From assembly GCA_050230475.1 (NCBI GenBank), contig JBFLGF010000148.1, forward strand, positions 62,001 to 88,538: a stretch of 26,538 bases of DNA. The letters run 5' to 3'. The DNA comes from Ancylonema sp. Its lineage: Eukaryota. The notes under the pieces were generated by a model. The model did no database searches, was not told the DNA's origin, and saw only the letters and a program-made list of their open reading frames with translations. Below, one piece after another: positions 10,094 through 22,072 of this stretch; position 1 is the first letter of the stretch, and every line of letters begins with the position of its first letter. The position numbers and the translations under genes are program-made.

Positions 10094-13000
10094 ATGGGAA
10101 TCTCGTTGCTAGTCTCAGCTATCGCTATTTTCGTCATCCACGTAACTAGAGCTGCCGCGTCCTCCAGCGGCGGAGGGCAGGAGCTCTGATTGAATACGGG
10201 TAAGGCAATGATTGGTAATGAAAACGCTACTGCCGTATGGTCATCGTCGCAGGCCTCCTGTAATTAATCTCCGTTGTGGGATTTGAGGTGGTTGAACGGT
10301 TGTAAGGAGTCGGTTCTGTACTCCTGTCAACCGCAATTTCAATCGTGTTGCATGAAGAAATTCCGGTCTAAGTGGCATTAGTTTGGATTCCGTGGGCTGT
10401 ATGTGTGATGGTCTCGGTCCTGGACTTGAATTCACTACCCGTACACGCGAAACTCATCATTGGAAGTAGTTGGACTGAAATATTATTATGAATGTCAACC
10501 CGTTATGGCATCCGTAACGAAACGTCCGTGACGTCCATGCTTGTAACGAATTCCACTAGTAAGAGACGAGAACATGTAAAACAAATGCCAGGGGGGCGCA
10601 TGGGCGCGTCCCTCCAGCAGTGGGCGCGCGGGCTCATATCGCAAACCCCAATCCCATGAATCCATGTCAGCAACTACCAACATGTTTCTCCGGATGTTCT
10701 CCATCCCAATTCAACTTTGACTCTGCCACGTGTGCGCAGAGGGCGCATCTGGACCCCGCCCCCTCTCCTTCTGCGCCACCCCCAGCGGTCGCGGGTGCTG
10801 CACCCTCGGCCGCGACGCCCAGATCGCCGCGCAGTTCACCACCCTCGGGTTAAACGGCGTGGCTGCTCAGCCATGCGCAGACATCGTGAAGAAGATTCTA
10901 TGCGCAGTGAGACCCTCAAACTCGCGCGCGGCGTCCCCAATCAATCTCGTGTTTTCTTGTACCTCTGTGAATGTTTTGCTGCTTGAACAGCTTCCCATCC
11001 TTTGCCTTTGTTTTGTGGCCTGTAGGGAAGGTTTCCAGCCCGATTGAGGGTGCTCTAGCCACGTGCCTCCAGTCACATTTATTTCTAGTATGTCACGAGT
11101 GTGATCATACAGTCGCAATGTGATAGTACAGCCACGATTCTGAGTATCCAGTCACAATTGTGAGTACACAGTCACAATCGTTCAGAGGGGCATACAGAAG
11201 AAGCACTGCCGCGTTTCTTGTGACACCTCCCCCCCCGCAAACATCAGATTCAGGCATCGAGTTCCGATAATTCACCCTCTCATCCCACAAACCCCTCCCA
11301 CCAATACTACCACTTTTCCTCCCCTCCTTGATTTGATATTCAGGAGTGCGATCCCCGCGCCTTCGTCCTCCACACCTACAACAACGCATCCTCCCCTCCG
11401 CGGCCAATCCTGTGCCAGGGCGGAGCATGCGAGGCCACCTACGAGAAGTGCAGGAGGCAGACACTCAGCTTCCTCCCTTTGAAACGGGAGGAGGGGGGGG
11501 TGACTTTGGGAGAGAGGTATCCGACGGTTCAGGACTTTGCACACGCATTTTGCGCGGACTCATCTAAGGTATGTTTTTTTTTTTGTTTTTTTTTTTGGAG
11601 TCTCTTTTTTATCTCGTGATGTGGCTCAACTCTTTTGTTTTCCCCTCTTTCTTTGTATTTTGGATCCGGGTTCTATTCGTTTATGGGGTTTCGCCCTGGG
11701 GTTCAGGTGTGAATCCACATCAATCATCAACACCAGAAGTCTCTGTTGCGAACACCTGAAGCTCTGATCCCCCATTCCGTATATTCATTCGTTCCACGTC
11801 TCTCCCCCCTCTCTCATTCCATAGCGCCTCCCAAAGTATTGTATCCACCAACCCCGAAAAACCCCCCCCAACCCCCGACCCCCGACCCCCAACCCCCAAC
11901 CTTGTCGAAAAGCTCCCAACCCCTTCCCAATTGGCCTTCGTGATTTGGCTTTCAGTCAAAATGCCCCCCCTCCCCCCACAACAAAGAGCCCAACCTACGC
12001 GAAGGCGTTCTTCATCAGTTTACCGGGTCGCACCCCCCCTCCAAAACCGTGAGATCGCGCCGGGAGCTGCTGGGATCCGCCTCCAATCTCTGCTTCGAAA
12101 AAATGGAGGGATCAGGTACGCGAATCCGTATACGAACCCGAATCCGCATCCGTATCCGAAATCCGTCTCCAAATCCGCATCTTCATCCTTACCCCGTCTG
12201 TATCTGATTCCGTATCCGAATCCGGACTCGTATCCGAACTGGAACGATACAACCAATCTGCATCCCGTTACCTGTATCCGGACCTGTCCTTCAGAGTCAT
12301 CTAGACCCTGAAATACCTCCTCCATTTTCTTTATATCCTTTTTAAAAACCGACTACCCACCTATCCAGCGATCCTCCTCCAATAATATACCCCCCCCCCC
12401 GCCTGCCTCAGGGCCCCTGCTCCTGCGTGGCTTCCAACGGTTGCACCCAGGGGGGGAGTCTGCACGCCACCTGCAACTCAAACACGGTCCCCCTCCCCCC
12501 CCCACCCCCCCCCCCCCCCCCAACTTCCACCCAGGCTCCATTTTGAACCTAAACGGTCACCCGTACGGCCACGGTTACGCCGTAACCGCCACCCAAGGCG
12601 GGCTCATGAATCTGGTTTCCATTCCCCCCAGTGGGAACGGAGCCCCCCTCAAAGTGGTTCACACGTATCTGGACCTCTCGAAATTGGTACTCAACAGCGG
12701 GGAGAGGGGGCTGCTCAGCTTCGCTTTCCACCCTCACTTCCTTTCCAACGGACGGTTCTTCGTGTCCTATATCGTGGATGGAAACGCGCACCCAACCTAT
12801 CAGGTTGGGGGGGGGGAGGGAGGTGGGGGCTGATGGCTGCAGTAGCAGCAATGTGATTTACGGGTAGACGTCGTCATTGGGGCATAGGGAATACTCACAA
12901 AAGCTATGCCACTATTTCTGCCGGGTCTGATTAGGACACTATTTCTGCCGGGTGGGAGGAGTCCGTGGCCAGAGTGGGAAAAAGTTTCTACAGAAGTGTG

Positions 13001-15643
13001 ACTACACAGAGGGTGTCCCTGTACGGTGTCACACCAAATAGGGACTCACTCTACACTCAGCTGTCCCAAGACTCTGTCCCACCTCTCCCCAACCGCCCCG
13101 ACACCCCCCCAACCCTCCCCCCCCCCCCCCCGCCTGCCTCAGGGCCCCTGCTCCTGCGTGGCTTCCAACGGTTGCACCCAGGGGGGGAGTCTGCACGCCA
13201 CCTGCAACTCAAACACGGTTATCTCCGAGTACCGGGTACGGAATCCCACGGACGTCCGCTCCGTCCCGCGCCCCAGGGAGGCCCGTCGCTACTTCAACTA
13301 CGGGCGTCCGTACAGCAATCATAACGGAGGGTACATCATGTTTGGGAAGGACGGGTACCTGTATGTCACATCAGGTGGGGGCAGGAAAGAGAACGGAGGG
13401 GGGGGGGGGGAGTGGGCAAGGCGGGGGGGGAGGGGGGGCTAGAGGAATGTTTCACGGCTATGAGTATGGGAATAGGCCGTTCCGTATCCGATTCCGTATC
13501 CGATTCCGTATTCTCCACATCCGTATCCGTTTCCGTTTCCGTTTCCGTATCCGTATCCGTATTCGTATCCGTATCCATTTCCGTATCTGTATCCCATTGT
13601 TTTCCCCAAAACCAGGAGATGGCGGATACGGAGGAGACCCGTGGAATTTCGCCCAGAACGGTTACACGTATCACGGCAAAATATTCCGCATCGACGTCGA
13701 CAACATTCCCGCGGGCGCTCCGTACGGAATCCCCCCCGACAACTACTTCCAAAAACACTCCGTCGGTGTGCTGCCCGAGGTTTATGCGTTGGGGTTCAGA
13801 AATCCGTGGAGGATTGCGCAGGACGCGAGAAGGGGGACTATTCTCGTGGCGGACGTTGGGCAGGTGGATGGTTATGCTTTTTGTTTTATTATATATTACT
13901 ATTATCAAATTTATCTATTATTGAAACAATATTATTTATAAAATAATAATATTAAAAAAAAAAAAAAAAAAAAAAAACAGTTTTTAGTGAACCGTTTAAT
14001 TCCTCACCTCCCCCTCCCTTGGGATAGTAAATAGGGATCCGGATTGCGTTCGCGATGCCGTATTTGCACAAACTTGTCTTTTGCTTCTTGGGTGGCTTTT
14101 GAAAATGAAGACTTGAAGGGGCATGGAGGAAATCGGTGGACATGCTACCACTCGATAGTGGGGAGGTGGGGTGATGGGGACCAAAGTGGCGATAATATTA
14201 AAAAAGGGTTTTTTGTTGTTGTTTGAGGTTGTCGGTCCTCATAAGGGAAAGTGAGATGCCGTCACGTCAAGAAACAATCCTTTGAAGTAAGAAGTAATTG
14301 ACGTAGCAAGAACGTAACCATTATAGAACAAGGAAATGTGATGTGAAATGGTTAGGGTTTGCACACAAACTGTCTTCATGTAGTTCTTTCTTCATGTGCC
14401 TGTATAGAGGGTGCCAACACAGAGTCCAATTCAGCAGAAGGATGGACATCCAAACACGCGGTAGTGCGACCAAACCTCCGGATTGGGCAGTGGAAATTCC
14501 GGATATAGTCATGGAGTCGAATCCGGTTGTCAAATTGTGACTTTCAAAACGTACATTCACTGCGTCGAAGAAGGAAAACATGAAAATATAAAAAAACCTC
14601 GCAAGAGAAAGTGGGAAAGCCACCCTATCGACGTCGTCTCTCTCCCACACGTGTGTCCGTACATCGAGATCCGGTCGTGCTCCCAACTCTCAACTCCCCC
14701 TCCCACCAAGAGGGCCGTGTGGAGGAAATCGACTTGGTGGTCCCGATAGTATCAATTTAGACCGGTTTTACCGTAAAAGGTGTGTTGGAATTAGGTCCTA
14801 AAATTTCTTCCGCATTCCACCAACAGGATCGGGTGGAGGAAATCGACCTGTTGGTCAACGGCGCCAACTACGGTTGGCACAACTACGAGGGCACCACTCC
14901 GTTCGCCCCCGGCGCATACCCGAACCCGGGGGGTTATACGCCCCCCTCGCAAATGAAGGGGGAGAAAGTGGCGTTCCCCATCTTCGAGTACGCTCACCCG
15001 GGTGTCAACGTGTCGGGTATTCCCGAGGGCGGGAACTGCGTGATTGGGGGAGTGGTTTATCGGGCGGCGAGGAACAAGTGCTTGCAGGTGGGGCCCACTG
15101 ACCTCTTCGGTTTAGGGTCTATTGGTGTGGGTTGACCTCTTCGGTTTAGGGTCTATTGGTGTGGGTTGATTTATCTCCTTGGCTAAATACCGTTTTCGCG
15201 TTTGTTTGAATCTCTCCAAGCATGGCGAGGCGTTTGCCTTTCTTTTCTTCTTGTGTGGAGAACCGTTTTTTTTTTTTTTTTTTTTTTTTTGCTTGTATGC
15301 TGGTGTTGTGCTGTGTTGTTTCCACCTTTGAATTTAAATAGAATGGATGTCCAAGGAATTTACCGACTCATTTTGGGGGTTGCAGGGCAAGTATTTGTAC
15401 AACGATCTATCCGGCACCATGTGGGTGTCCACGATCTACCCCGGGAAAGGAAAGCGACGGTTCACCACCCCCGTCGCCTACTCGTGCGCGACTGGCTCCC
15501 CTCTCACGTGCGGGGGAAGGGATCCGTTCGGATCCACACTGTGGTCGTGGGGCGAAGACCTATCGAGGGACGCTTACTTGCTTACAACCTCCGGTGTCTT
15601 TAGGCTTACGGATTTGTCGCGCTGTAACATTAATTGCACGTGA
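10094..15643 (+). CDS. HIPL1: HIPL1-like (hedgehog-interacting-protein-like) secreted protein: signal peptide, Cys-rich folate-receptor-like domain and glucose/sorbosone dehydrogenase beta-propeller; ~641 codons with an in-frame TGA at codon 32
   Basis: Exons 10094-10199, 10740-10906, 11344-11568, 11956-12115, 12535-12803, 13143-13374, 13616-13863, 14827-15087, 15386-15643 (1926 nt, all GT-AG, phases consistent). Motifs: LSFC..GCC, KILCAECDP, NLCFEKM, ERGLLSFAFHPHFLSNGRFFVSY, NHNGGYIMFGKDGYLYVTSGDGG, GKIFRIDVD, PEVYALGFRNPWR, ADVGQDRVEEID, NYGW, SWGED, SRCNINC. TGA at 10187-10189 makes functional status uncertain. Confidence 0.88.
12120..12285. repeat. Degenerate (ATCCGT/ATCCGA) hexamer repeat in HIPL1 intron 4
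   Basis: ccgaatccgcatccgtatccgaaatccgt ... ccgtatccgaatccggactcgtatccga. Confidence 0.75.
12390..12488 (+). repeat. Exact intragenic duplication of the exon 6 acceptor and first 77 nt of exon 6
   Basis: 12401-12488 is identical to 13132-13219 (88 bp, offset 731), and both copies are preceded by a poly-C tract. Confidence 0.92.
13478..13594. repeat. (TCCGTA/TCCGAT/TCCGTT) hexamer microsatellite in HIPL1 intron 6
   Basis: ttccgtatccgattccgtatccgattccgta...ccgtttccgtttccgtatccgtatccgt; produces the spurious RIRF/SVSV/TDTD ORFs. Confidence 0.85.
15099..15169. repeat. Perfect 34-bp tandem duplication in HIPL1 intron 8
   Basis: tgacctcttcggtttagggtctattggtgtgggt x2 (15099-15132, 15133-15166). 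Confidence 0.9.
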
Positions 15644-16839
15644 CGCCAAGAGGGACCGATGTGGATGTCCAGTCGGACTTATTTCTCGCCAACCATGTTA
15701 CATGCGTCAACTACCTCGTCGACGCAAATGACGAATGGCTCCATTGTTGCGCCCAGTGGGCAAGTCAATGAGTCGATTGCGATGCCATTAAATTCAAATA
15801 CGAGTTCAAGTCACGTGGGGGAACGTTTTAGTTGGTGGGGTTGTAAGTTATTTATGTGTGTGTATGTAAGTTGGGTGTTGTTTGAGATGGTGATAGGATG
15901 CCCACTACTCATTGGTCTTTAGAGGTATTGAGGAATTAATTCGAAAAGACTATTGTGAAGATCTTTTGAAATAAGGAGGCTCAAACACGCAAGCAATGTA
16001 ACTTTATTTTTGTTGATTTTTGGTAAACGAAATTTGCGCTTGCTAGTGACAACTTGGACCTAGGTACGTTGTGCGTTTTGCGTAATTCATCTTGTAAGTG
16101 GCATACGATTTGTTGTCAACAACACTACGCGTTACGCGCGCGCTCGCTCGTTGCGTCACTTTCGCAGTGCTAAGAGTTGGAGAATGGGATGGGTAGGGTA
16201 GATGTGGATGTTGTTTTGCAAATCCGACTTGAGTGATAGCACCTTAAAATAGAATGGATCTCAAGGTTGGAAAATCCCGGAAGAGGGCATTTAGTGGCAC
16301 TAACTTAGTGCAAATGAACATGAAGTGGAGGAAATCTTGGGGATTAGTTTTAGTTGGGTGAGGGATGAAGAGTGAGGAGAGGTAGGCCCCATGTCGAGGG
16401 AGTTACTAGTGAAAGAGATACTAGTTGCGACACCTATCCGTGCCGACATCCATAACTCGTCCAACGGGCCTCTCCGACCCACAGCCCACTCTCCTGATGG
16501 CCAACTAGTGAGCACCGCCGGGCCGGAAAATTTCATGGACTTGTACAACCATGATGGCATGATTGGGTACGGAGTGCTCGGGAGAATTTTGCAAGCATTG
16601 TGTGGTATGCGTTCGGATCTCACACGGACGGAACCCGTCCGGAAGTCGTGCGTTTCACAAAATAAATCAATGTCGACAAAAAATGAAGTTCGCGATATTT
16701 ATGATTCCTTGAATTTCCCCCTCCCCACCCCCTTCTTTAATGTTATGCTCCGCTCGAAGATTTCCACACGCGTCCATCACCGCGCGGAAGCCCACAAGCG
16801 GGGGTATCGCAAATAGGCTTGTTACCTACGCATTTTTTA

Positions 16840-17890
16840 GCGCGGTAGGCAAAGTACCATCCGCGCCCAACCGCATCAAACCGTTTTCGGTAGGGCCCGA
16901 CCGGGTGACTTTTATCCAACCGCAAATCATCCGCCACCCGGATGGGAAGGTACCTCCCGGTTGAGATGCGGCTGATTCGCCAAAATGGCCAACAAATGCG
17001 AAAATTTCGAAACTTGTAAGTTTAACACAAAAAAAAATTGGGTCCAAAATCAAATTTGATATCGAAAATGTCAAGAACCACGACAATCAAAATCGGACTA
17101 TCGAATTCCGTGCCGGCACCAGTAATGATAGGAGTTTGCTGGAAATCATATTTCTGGTTGGAAGGTGGTAGAGCACTAGATTTTGGAGGACTAGGTTCAC
17201 TAAAGATTTAGTTATGGCAATGCAATGAGAATGATGGGCCATGAGCAAGTTTGGTCAGTCGAATACCGAAGTCTAATGATCTTCATTTGAAGTTGTGGAC
17301 TAGTTATCTTGTTAACTGATGATAGAGCAAACATCTTGTAATAACTATGTGATCACATTGTTGTATTACTCACTTGTAATCTACTCATGATATCAAAATA
17401 TTGAGAACCCGTTAAATGAAATTGAAATGAAAAATCGAAAGTGTGGTTGAATAATGCCTGCGTTTGTTCAACATGCCTGCATCCTACACTTGATAAACAA
17501 CGACACATCCCATAAGAATATGAGATGGATCACCGATTGATCACGTGAAAAAAATAAATAGCAGTAAGTAAAGCAATGGACTCGTCCAACTCTACATGGT
17601 TATAAGAATATTGTTGATAAAAATTTATGAAAGAACTCTATACATCATACTCTAATCTGAAAATGTATAGAGACGCGGAGATGAGACAAGCTACAAATCC
17701 TTGATTTTTTCTCCCTTCTTCTTATTCTTATTCGATTTGTTATTTTTATTTCCCCAACCGCCACCCACCGTAATCCTGTCGCCCCAGCCGCATCCCAGCC
17801 GGCTGGGATGCGCCAGGTTCAGTCAGGTTGGAGTCGGCTTGCCACCCGAATGGGTAACCGTGACCTACATAACGGCGGTCGGCGTTCGCC
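16840..17890. mobile_element. Possible degenerate non-autonomous TIR element (GC-rich ends, AT-rich core)
   Basis: Inverted match 16957-16974 vs 17785-17802 (16/18). Direct match gccacccg(g/a)atggg at 16933 and 17841. 24-bp perfect palindrome at 17789-17812. Termini not defined. Confidence 0.35.
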
Positions 17891-19538
17891 ACCACTTTCG
17901 CTGCCTAAGCACATCGCAATCGACCAAGAGGTCGAACTTCGCACCGAAGAAGTCAGTTCCTTGGTGGAGTGGCCTCGAAATATTCGATCTAGAAAAGCTT
18001 GCGAAGATAAATCCAAAAGTGGCTGACAATATTCGACGCTCTGAAGCCCGACATCCACCGCGAAGTCCTGCTAAAACTACGCCGGAGATCGCAATGTTGC
18101 CAGTTGTTAGCCCTCTAGGAGATGTGTATGCTGGTGATGTACAGACAGACTACAGATGTAACACAGTGAGTGGTGGCGGCCCAGTTGATGTGATTCCAGA
18201 TGCGGATCTAGCTTTGTGTTTCGAGGATTCGAGGTCCCGGGTAATGATGGCGTATATCAACGCTATTCAGGCAAGTGAGGCGCAAGTGGCGTTAAATTCG
18301 GGAAATTGTAATGGAGAAAGCTTCGCAAAGGAAGGCCCTTCAGGTGGACGTGCAGTAGAGCAGGAGAGAAACAGACACAAAATACCTCGGTGGAACCTGC
18401 TTGGGAAGTGCATACAGCCGGGGACGCATAGTGGGCGAGAGTCGTTTGAGGATGCGAGCAATCCAGTTCAATGCTGATCCTTTTTTAGCTGCACACAATA
18501 AGGTTTTGAACCTTCGAGAAGGAGGCTCAGACTTTGGCGGATCTTCTGGTTTGATCTGTCTCGGATCCTAGGTTTCGAAGTTGGACTTTCAAATTATGTC
18601 GCTAGCTGGGAAAATGGTGGTTTCATTTTTGCAGCAACATTTCTCAGACTTTTTCTGGTAATAGTTTCTGTTGATTAGTTGATCCATTGAAATAATTGTG
18701 TCCGTTGGCTTTGTAGGCGCTGCCTATATGTTTAATATACATATAATGTAAGTACGTTAAGAGGTGGATCAGACCCTCGCTTCTCTTTTCTTACTGGTAT
18801 TAGCTGGTAAACATTCTCACTCAGATGTAGTTTTTTTGTCATCCTCACGGTTAGTCAGGATCAAATCCTGCTGGCTGTCAGGATGGCTTGTAGCTTTAGT
18901 ACATTAGTCATATTTTATACTCACTCATGCGAACACTAGTTCGGCTTACATTGGTATGCTGCCTCGCAGCTTGGGTCTCCGGTCCGATTCAGTTATGAAA
19001 CATATGTCTGACTTCTTAGTCCAGTAAAAAGGCTTGAAAAGTATTGAATCATGCCATTTTTTTATTTTTTTAATATATATGCACATCTCGTAAATTGTTG
19101 CATTTGAATTTGATGGAGCATGCAGTTTGAATACTTGTGGTCACATTCCTCCGAATGTACTTTGATGGAATGGAGTAGTATTTGTAAAATACAATCGCAC
19201 ATTTTCGGGTCAGAAAACTACAGCTAACCTACACTTCATATACAAGCATTTCCCTCCAAACGACGAACAGATGTGCTGTCAACGTAAGCACCTGTGTAAT
19301 GACATGAAAAATGGTGAAAATGCAACGCGATGTGCATGGCTAATGCAACTTCACTTCCCTATTAACCTTGATGCAAGCCACCACTACTCACCAACTACGC
19401 TAATCAGGTAATGCCGTGGCGGCCAGATGGTTTATTACCACTAAGGAAGACTTACACTGAGGGTTCTCAGGCCTAACTACTCATAAAGGGAACTAACTTC
19501 GATGTCAAAGACCTCTTGATTGGCCGGAATAACCCCTT

Positions 19539-21379
<1,841 letters not shown>

Positions 21380-22072
21380 CCATCAACGTCCCTAACAACC
21401 TGAGAGCTTGAGATTGGAACCAGCTTGTCAGGTCTAGCCATACATTATCGTGACAAACTCTTGCAGTGTTTCACCAAGTCAATATCTTGCTGCTCTCATG
21501 CTGTCTCCAGATAATACGGGCACCTCTGCGCCCCCCGAGGGCGTAGGAAACTCATCTAGGATTTCTGGAGGTGAAGTGCGGAGTTGAGTTGAGTGTGGAG
21601 TTGTCCCTCTCTACAAGCACAGCCCTGAAAATACCGGTATATTGCTGAGGCACGGATACAGCGGCACCACAGAATCGTCCATTCTTCAACGGACGGTCAG
21701 AGATTGCGGGCAACCATCCACCACAGAATGTGTTCCGATGGCTGCTCTGAACCGTCCAGATCTATCCGGTAATGCAGCATCATGACTGGAGAGTAATCAC
21801 GTGACACATAATCCAATCAAACGCGAAAGATGTCAGTCGGTGAACTTTTATTTTTGTCGCTTGCTGGCCTTTGTGGCCGTCAACAACGATTCTTGTAACG
21901 GATGTACTTCCCTGAGTTCCTTGAGATTTTTTCCGTCCCCAGGCTGTTGTCGATTTCGGTTGCCTCCTCCCTGTCACGCAACAACTTCAGACCTTGCATT
22001 GAGAGGAGACGAGCTGCCCATTTTCACTTGAGAGTCTTTCCTACCTGGCCGTGAAAGCGAAAGGATATAACT
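21380..22072. promoter_or_regulatory. Probable bidirectional promoter between SNAPIN and cathepsin Z
   Basis: 693 bp between divergent start codons. E-box/G-box TCACGTGAC at 21797-21805 with CCAAT at 21813-21817. Confidence 0.5.

Noticed and set aside
10187..10189. Genome-wide UGA-to-Cys/Trp codon reassignment
   Set aside because: TGA terminates the NMO (6140-6142) and HIPL1 (15641-15643) ORFs at the expected ends, and no other in-frame TGA occurs in ~1,500 assembled codons.
11707..11767. Apparent HIPL1 exon 'CESTSIINTRSLCCEHL' resembling LCLEKI
   Set aside because: Phase does not fit exon 3 and it hits a stop. Exon 11956-12115 (NLCFEKMEGSG) fits both phases and the family motif.
13342..13941. 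Overlapping 170-199 aa ORFs with RIRF/SVSV/TDTE repeats
   Set aside because: Produced by the intronic hexamer repeat plus the real exon 7 (13616-13863).
15099..15169. CRISPR-like or telomeric array (34-bp repeats containing TTTAGGG)
   Set aside because: Only two directly abutting copies with no spacers, a single TTTAGGG per unit, in a eukaryotic intron.
16391..16816. 141-aa ORF as a gene
   Set aside because: No recognisable motif or supporting splice structure; lies in repeat-like intergenic DNA.
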